From an uncultured Fibrobacterota bacterium (GTDB lineage Bacteria > Fibrobacterota > Chitinivibrionia > Chitinivibrionales > FEN-1185), in contig CAVWBU010000053.1 of the NCBI GenBank assembly GCA_963753345.1, positions 1 to 13,023 on the forward strand: DNA of 13,023 nucleotides, read 5' to 3'. Every line of letters starts with the position of its first letter. The stretch's first letter is position 1. The notes under the pieces were generated by a model that made no database searches, was not told the DNA's origin, and was given only the letters and a program-made list of their open reading frames with translations. This document shows, piece after piece, positions 7,963 through 13,023 of the stretch. The position numbers and the translations under genes are program-made.

Positions 7963-8904
7963 TCACTCGTGGGCGATTTCGTCGGGAATGTCCGGGCGGC
8001 GGTCGGTGAGGATGCGTGCGCGTTTGTCAAGTAGTTGTTCCAGGACCGGCCACGATGCCTGCGCGGCCTCGTGGATGCGCCCGGTGTAGTACCGGAGGCC
8101 CTTGATGCCGTAGCGGGAGAGTTTTTTGTCAACCTGGATGCGGGACACCGCCGTCATGTCCGAACGGTCCGACGAAACGGTCACCGACCACAGCGTCGCG
8201 TACATGTGGATGTAGCAGTACAGCGGGCACACGTGCGGAAACACGGAGCGGAGCGTTCGCTGGATGCAGGCGAACGTGCGCGGCCTGGTCACGGGCGATT
8301 CGGTGTGCATTACGAATACGCCGCGCCGGTCCACAAACGACCGCTTTACGGAGAGGAAAAAATCGCGCGTGTACAGAAACCGCGCAGGGCCGAAGGGGTC
8401 GGTCATGTCCATGATCACCATGTCGAAACTCTTCGGGTGCTTTTCCACGAAATCGCGGCCGTCGTAAATGTGGATGCGGACGCGGGGATCGTCGAAGGCG
8501 CCCTGGTGCACCGAGGGCAGGTACTTTCGGGAAAACTCGATAACGCCTTCGTCGAGCTCCGCGAGGTCAAGCGATTTTACGCACGGATACTTGAGCACCT
8601 CGCGGATGATGCCGCCGTCGCCCGCGCCGATCACGAGGACGCGCTCGGGGCGCGGGTGCGTGCACATGGCGGGATGCACCATGGGTTCGTGGTAGTAGCA
8701 TTCGCCCTTCTGGGCCGCCTGGGTGATGCCGTCGAGGATGAGCACGCGGCCGAATTCGCTTGTGTCAACAAGCTCGAGGGTCTGGTACTTGGTCGCGCCG
8801 AACCGCAAGCGTCGCTTGATGGCGTAGAAGAACCCCATGTTGTTGTTGAGCCACTCGGTGTGCTGGGTGGCGCGGCGGGAACGGTGGAAAAAGCCGGTGT
8901 TCAT
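7963..8904 (-). CDS. speE: Polyamine aminopropyltransferase (spermidine synthase family), paralog 1
   Basis: TKYQ, ILDGITQ, YYHE, VIGAGDGGIIRE, AELD, DG and IMDMTDP motifs. ATG lies 1 nt after the speD stop (TGAcATG). Substrate specificity is not established. Confidence 0.92.
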   Translation of the reverse strand: MNTGFFHRSRRATQHTEWLNNNMGFFYAIKRRLRFGATKYQTLELVDTSEFGRVLILDGITQAAQKGECYYHEPMVHPAMCTHPRPERVLVIGAGDGGIIREVLKYPCVKSLDLAELDEGVIEFSRKYLPSVHQGAFDDPRVRIHIYDGRDFVEKHPKSFDMVIMDMTDPFGPARFLYTRDFFLSVKRSFVDRRGVFVMHTESPVTRPRTFACIQRTLRSVFPHVCPLYCYIHMYATLWSVTVSSDRSDMTAVSRIQVDKKLSRYGIKGLRYYTGRIHEAAQASWPVLEQLLDKRARILTDRRPDIPDEIAHE

Positions 8905-8905
8905 G

Positions 8906-9688
8906 TCACACGTCGTACGGGTAGATGTTCTTGCACTGGTAAATCTCGAGGATCTCGTTGCGGAGAAGGGTGGATATCTTCGACCGGGCCGAAGGGGTGA
9001 GCGACTGGTTTTCCGGGCCGAACAGGTAGTTGTCGAGCTTGAACTTGCCCAGCATCATCTTGGTGTGGAAGATGTTGTCCGAGACGATGTTGATGTCGTA
9101 GGCGGTGTAGATGTCGAGGATTTCGTCGGAGATGTAGTCCTGGATCGAGGTGATGTCGTGGTCCATGTAGACCTTGCGGCCGTGGACGTCACGCGTGAAT
9201 CCCCGCACCTTGTAGTCCATGAGCACGATGTCGGAGTCGAAGCTGTTGATGAGGAAATCGAGGGCGTTGAGCGGCGAGATCGTGCCGCAGGTGGTGACGT
9301 TGATGTCCACGCGGAACGTGCTGATGCCGGTGACGGGATTGGTCTCGGGGTACGTGTGCGCCGAAATATGGCTTTTGTCAAGATGCGCGACGGTTCCCTG
9401 CGGCACCGACAGGTGCCCTTCGTTGATGAGCACGGTCACCGACGCGCCGCGCGGCTCGTAATCCTGGCTCGACATGTTGATGATGTTGGCTTCGATGATC
9501 CTGGTCACTTCCTCAAGAATGCTGCGGATCTTCTTGGAATTGTACACCTCGTCGATGTAGTCGAGGTAGTCGTACTGGGAGGCCTTGGAGCGGGCGTAGC
9601 ATATATCGTAGATGTTGAAGCTGAGCGACTTGGTGAGGCTGTTGAAGCCCTGCAGCTTGATCTTCCTGCCGCGGCATCGGTTGATCAT
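8906..9688 (-). CDS. speD: S-adenosylmethionine decarboxylase proenzyme, E. coli-type (class 1A)
   Basis: KLQGFNSLTKSLSFNIYDICY N-terminus, pyruvoyl cleavage motif HLDK/SHISAHTYPE, TCGTISPL and DYKVRGFTRD. 260 aa, with AGGGGG upstream. Confidence 0.96.
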   Translation of the reverse strand: MINRCRGRKIKLQGFNSLTKSLSFNIYDICYARSKASQYDYLDYIDEVYNSKKIRSILEEVTRIIEANIINMSSQDYEPRGASVTVLINEGHLSVPQGTVAHLDKSHISAHTYPETNPVTGISTFRVDINVTTCGTISPLNALDFLINSFDSDIVLMDYKVRGFTRDVHGRKVYMDHDITSIQDYISDEILDIYTAYDINIVSDNIFHTKMMLGKFKLDNYLFGPENQSLTPSARSKISTLLRNEILEIYQCKNIYPYDV

Positions 9689-9715
9689 CGAGTCAACCCC
9701 CTTTACAAGCAGAAA

Positions 9716-9800
9716 TCACCACGGTGGCACAGAGGTCACAGAGAGGAAAGGAAGAATTACTATTGGTTTTATCTCGGTGTTCTCTGCGCCTCTGTGGTGA
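9716..9800. repeat. Imperfect long inverted repeat (REP/MITE-like) built from 9-bp CACAGAGNN-type units
   Basis: Left arm TCACCACGGTGGCACAGAGGTCACAGAGA (9716-9744) matches the reverse complement of 9772-9800 (TCACCACAGAGGCGCAGAGAACACCGAGA) at 23/29 positions. The spacer is 27 nt and AT-rich. Confidence 0.85.
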
Positions 9801-9808
9801 GGCTTTTC

Positions 9809-10705
9809 TTACAGTTCGTTGATGTACAGCGGCTTGTACCCGCGGTACTTGTGGGAAAAATAATTGATGAGGATAACTTCGGTCCTTTTTTTCGGGGCGA
9901 TGTTGACGATCATCCGGTCGGAGAACAGCCTGCTCATGTGCAGCCCCCTGCCCGAAACGTCAAGCGCACCTTCGCCCGACAACTGGCGCTCGATCTTGTA
10001 AAGTACGGTTTCGCGTGTGAGCCTGCCGGCATCGTCGACCACGGATATGCCGTATTTTTCCGCATCGCAGGCGCATTCGAGATGAACGAATTCGCCGGGA
10101 GCAAGCGTAACCTCGGAATATGCCTCGTATTTCTGCGTGCCGTCGGGAAAGGCGGGGGCATGGTACACCGCGTTGGTGACGATTTCGTCGAGGGTGAGGC
10201 GCATGTCGCCCGCGGCGCCGAGCTTCTCGGTGAACAGCGCCACCGCCGCCTCACGGACATCCGTCGCCTCGCGCGACGAGCGGATTTCGAAGCCGCCGAG
10301 GCGCGTGTGCGAGGGAAGCATGTAGCGCGAAAGGCCAAAGATGTCGCCGGTGAGAAGGCCGTCTATCACCGCGTCAAGCTCGTCGAAGTTGAACGGCAGC
10401 GTCTTGGGGATGATGGTGGAGACGCCGCTCGTCCGCGCAATGCGCACGTAGTCGTCGATGTTACAGGCCGTGATGAGGACCGTGCGGGCCGCCGGGTGGA
10501 GCCGCTTGATTTCCGCAAGGAGCTGCGGTCCCTTCATGCCCGGCATGTTGATGTCCGAAATCACCATGTCAAATGATTGCTTTTCGCACAACGCAAGCGC
10601 CTCGCCGGCGTTCGCGGCCGTTGCCGTGTCGTACCTGCCGTCGAAATAGTCGAGCAGCATGCTGCAGATCGATGGGTCGTCGTCGACAAGGAGAATACTG
10701 TGCAT
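9809..10705 (-). CDS. Receiver domain fused to an RsbW/SpoIIAB-like HATPase_c domain
   Basis: REC: ILLVDDD, ISDINMPGMKG (phospho-Asp), LITA, IPK. C-terminal part: LDEIVTNAVYH (N box), VVDDAG, SGRGLHM. No DNA-binding domain or H-box seen. An alternative start lies at 10726. Confidence 0.85.
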   Translation of the reverse strand: MHSILLVDDDPSICSMLLDYFDGRYDTATAANAGEALALCEKQSFDMVISDINMPGMKGPQLLAEIKRLHPAARTVLITACNIDDYVRIARTSGVSTIIPKTLPFNFDELDAVIDGLLTGDIFGLSRYMLPSHTRLGGFEIRSSREATDVREAAVALFTEKLGAAGDMRLTLDEIVTNAVYHAPAFPDGTQKYEAYSEVTLAPGEFVHLECACDAEKYGISVVDDAGRLTRETVLYKIERQLSGEGALDVSGRGLHMSRLFSDRMIVNIAPKKRTEVILINYFSHKYRGYKPLYINEL

Positions 10706-10735
10706 CAGATCGGGTTCCCCGTGCATAAAAGCAGG

Positions 10736-13023
10736 TCAGTGAACGGTCCCGGTCGTAAATTTCCAGAGCTGGCTTGACGTTTGCGACTTCCAGTCGCGCG
10801 CGACCACGCGCCAGTAGTAGGTCTGGTTGGAGACGAGGTCCTGCACGACCGCTCCCGAAACCGCGGTGGTCGCAAGCAGGGAAAGGGCGGCCGGGTCGGT
10901 GCCGAAGTAGACGTCGTAGGTGAGCGAATCGCCGTCCGGATCATGCCCTGAAAATGCGAGTGCCAGACTTGACGAAGCGACAAGCCCTGTGTCGAGCGGG
11001 GAGACGACTGCGGGCGTGTCGGGCGGCGATCCGAAATACAGTCGCACCCGGATCGAGTCGGAGCTGGCTTCGTCGTTCACGGTTGCCACAATGGTATCGT
11101 ATCCGGTGTACATCGCCGGGTCCACCGTGTAAACGAAGGTGTCCACCACCGCCGAATCGAAGCTGTTAAAGCTGTGCGTCGCGGACTCGTACAAGGTGAA
11201 TTGATGGCGGGCCACCAGAGGATTGTTCGGATCGTACACTTTGAATACCAGGGTGAACGGCAGCTTTGCGTCGGCAAGACGCAGCGCACCGTTCGCAAGC
11301 GTGTCGGCCGAATAGGAAACCGAGAGTGAACACGGCCTGTTCGGCGGCACAACCAGAATGCCGGGATACAGGGTGTCGGAAGTCCAGAGCTGATCGCTCA
11401 CGATCGAAATGATCTGCCAATACCCGGTGTCCGACGCGGTCGGCGCCCACGAGATCATGCTGCCGGTGCTGGTCGCCGCAAGACCATTCTTGCCGATGAT
11501 TCGCGTCCAATAGTTAAAAGGAGGGAGACCGGTTCCCGCGGCAACCTGCAGAACCATGTGCAGCGAATCTCTGCCGGCAACCAGGTATCGCGGGAAGTCT
11601 TGGGCCTGGGTTTCAAAGGCAACGGGCGACGTCAGAGGCTGCCCCGGCTTTAGCACGTTGAGAAAGTAGTAATCGTATACAAATTGATATCCGTCAAAAA
11701 TGCTTATATAAATGGTATGCAAACCCGTATCGGCCAGAGACGGCAACCATTGTATCGCTCCATGCCGGTCCACCGTCGTTTCCAAGGGACCGGTGACCTT
11801 ATCAAAGGAAAGGCTGTCGTTGTCAGGATCAAACGCGACGATCGTGTCCCTGTAGAGAGTGCCGGCATAGATGCATGACGTGCGCGGGTATCGTTGGATG
11901 ATCGGCAGATTGTTTCGAAAGATTACCGCCGCCGCCCGACCCACATTGCCTTTCTTGTCCGTGGCCTTCACGGCCACAAGATTCCCTATTGTGGTGTGTT
12001 GAAGGGGTATTGTGTCGTAGTACCAGGGCCCGCCGCCGGAAAGCATCTTCCCGTTGACTGATAGAGTGTCTATGGGCGACACGTCGTCGACGGCTTCCAC
12101 GGCGAGCGCGGCGCTGGCCGCGCTGGTGTACAGGCCCTGCGCGGGCGAGCCGTTAGCTTCTATGTCCAGAATCCGCGGCGAAGAAGTGTCCGGAGAGGTC
12201 GAGCTGTAGAACAGCATCACATCCTTTTCGTCAAGCGTTACTCCGCTCTCGTTGTCAACCGCAACGATTCTAACCGGGTTTGGGCCCAGGTTGAGGGAGA
12301 CGGACCATTGCCACAGCGTGCTGCTGTCCGCAATGCGCCAAGCGTGGGGGTTTTCGCTTCCGTCAACATACAGAAGGACCGAACAATTGAGCGCGCTCGC
12401 CGAGTTGTTGATTATGGCACCCGAAATGACATAGGGCGAGACGGCCACTATCGATGTATCCGAGCGCGGCGACACCACCGAAATGGATACTTTTGGAGAC
12501 GGCGGGATGGCGGATGAAAATACAAGCCAGTAGGTCTTGCGCGCTGCCGTGCCGTTCACGAACCGATCGAGCGCAAAAATGTTGAACGCGAGGGTGGAGG
12601 AAGCGGAGTACTGGTAAGTCTTGCTGAAGAGTTTGTAGTAAACCGAGCCGCTGTGGCCATCGAACGGCCCGCCATTGACCGATGCCGAGTCTACGCCCAA
12701 GCCGAGGTTATCGGTAATGCGGACCCTGAGATTGAAGACGGAATCGCCGGTGAAGATCGTATCGTTGCGGATGAGGCCGTTGTTCACGCAAAGTATTGCC
12801 GGCGGCACCGTGTCCCGAACAGAGAAGAAGAAACTGTCGACCGGCGACAAGAATTTCCCGTCCCACACCCACAGGCTTCCGGTTCCGAACATGGTTGCCA
12901 CCGGGAAAATCACCTTCATGGAGCATACCGGTGAAACAAAGTTGATGCCGGGCCCAAAACTCCAATAATAGGCGACGTTCTCGATTCGACACGGGGCGGG
13001 TGCGCAGCAGTATCGAGTCGTGT
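10736..13023 (-). CDS. Large beta-rich surface/secreted protein with Ig-, cadherin- and Fn3-like modules, 5' truncated by the window edge
   Basis: The frame has no stop between 12919 and the window end. Cadherin-like/putative Ig motifs (AFDPDNDSLSF...IQWLPSLADTG; ISWAPTASDTG) and a terminal Fn3-like module (DPDGDSLTYDVYFGT...TYYWRVVARD). Ser/Thr/Val rich. Confidence 0.8.
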   Translation of the reverse strand, partial: TTRYCCAPAPCRIENVAYYWSFGPGINFVSPVCSMKVIFPVATMFGTGSLWVWDGKFLSPVDSFFFSVRDTVPPAILCVNNGLIRNDTIFTGDSVFNLRVRITDNLGLGVDSASVNGGPFDGHSGSVYYKLFSKTYQYSASSTLAFNIFALDRFVNGTAARKTYWLVFSSAIPPSPKVSISVVSPRSDTSIVAVSPYVISGAIINNSASALNCSVLLYVDGSENPHAWRIADSSTLWQWSVSLNLGPNPVRIVAVDNESGVTLDEKDVMLFYSSTSPDTSSPRILDIEANGSPAQGLYTSAASAALAVEAVDDVSPIDTLSVNGKMLSGGGPWYYDTIPLQHTTIGNLVAVKATDKKGNVGRAAAVIFRNNLPIIQRYPRTSCIYAGTLYRDTIVAFDPDNDSLSFDKVTGPLETTVDRHGAIQWLPSLADTGLHTIYISIFDGYQFVYDYYFLNVLKPGQPLTSPVAFETQAQDFPRYLVAGRDSLHMVLQVAAGTGLPPFNYWTRIIGKNGLAATSTGSMISWAPTASDTGYWQIISIVSDQLWTSDTLYPGILVVPPNRPCSLSVSYSADTLANGALRLADAKLPFTLVFKVYDPNNPLVARHQFTLYESATHSFNSFDSAVVDTFVYTVDPAMYTGYDTIVATVNDEASSDSIRVRLYFGSPPDTPAVVSPLDTGLVASSSLALAFSGHDPDGDSLTYDVYFGTDPAALSLLATTAVSGAVVQDLVSNQTYYWRVVARDWKSQTSSQLWKFTTGTVH

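Noticed and set aside
9689-9808. SAM riboswitch upstream of speD
   Set aside because: No recognisable SAM-I or SAM-II consensus, and the region is explained by the periodic inverted repeat. An Rfam scan was not run.
8035-10576. Long plus-strand ORFs (321 aa and 579 aa)
   Set aside because: They are antisense shadows of GC3-biased genes, with V/D/H/R-rich composition and no recognisable motifs.

Overview
GC-rich bacterial DNA with every credible gene on the minus strand. In transcription order (right to left): the 3' part of a large Ig/cadherin/Fn3-like surface protein; a receiver-domain plus RsbW-like HATPase_c protein; an ~85-bp REP/MITE-like inverted repeat; a polyamine cluster (E. coli-type speD, aminopropyltransferase 1, fold-III Orn/Lys decarboxylase, aminopropyltransferase 2); a nitroreductase; an AT-richer, frameshifted secreted protein; an RhlE-like DEAD-box helicase with a structured leader and a terminator; and a secreted multi-TPR protein broken by three homopolymer indels. 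The style of the secreted proteins suggests an FCB-group, possibly Fibrobacterota, host (inference only). The best lead is the polyamine cluster, whose two aminopropyltransferases have diverged in complementary halves of one conserved motif. Several frameshifts look like long-read consensus errors. No mobile-element enzyme, CRISPR array or RNA gene was seen.
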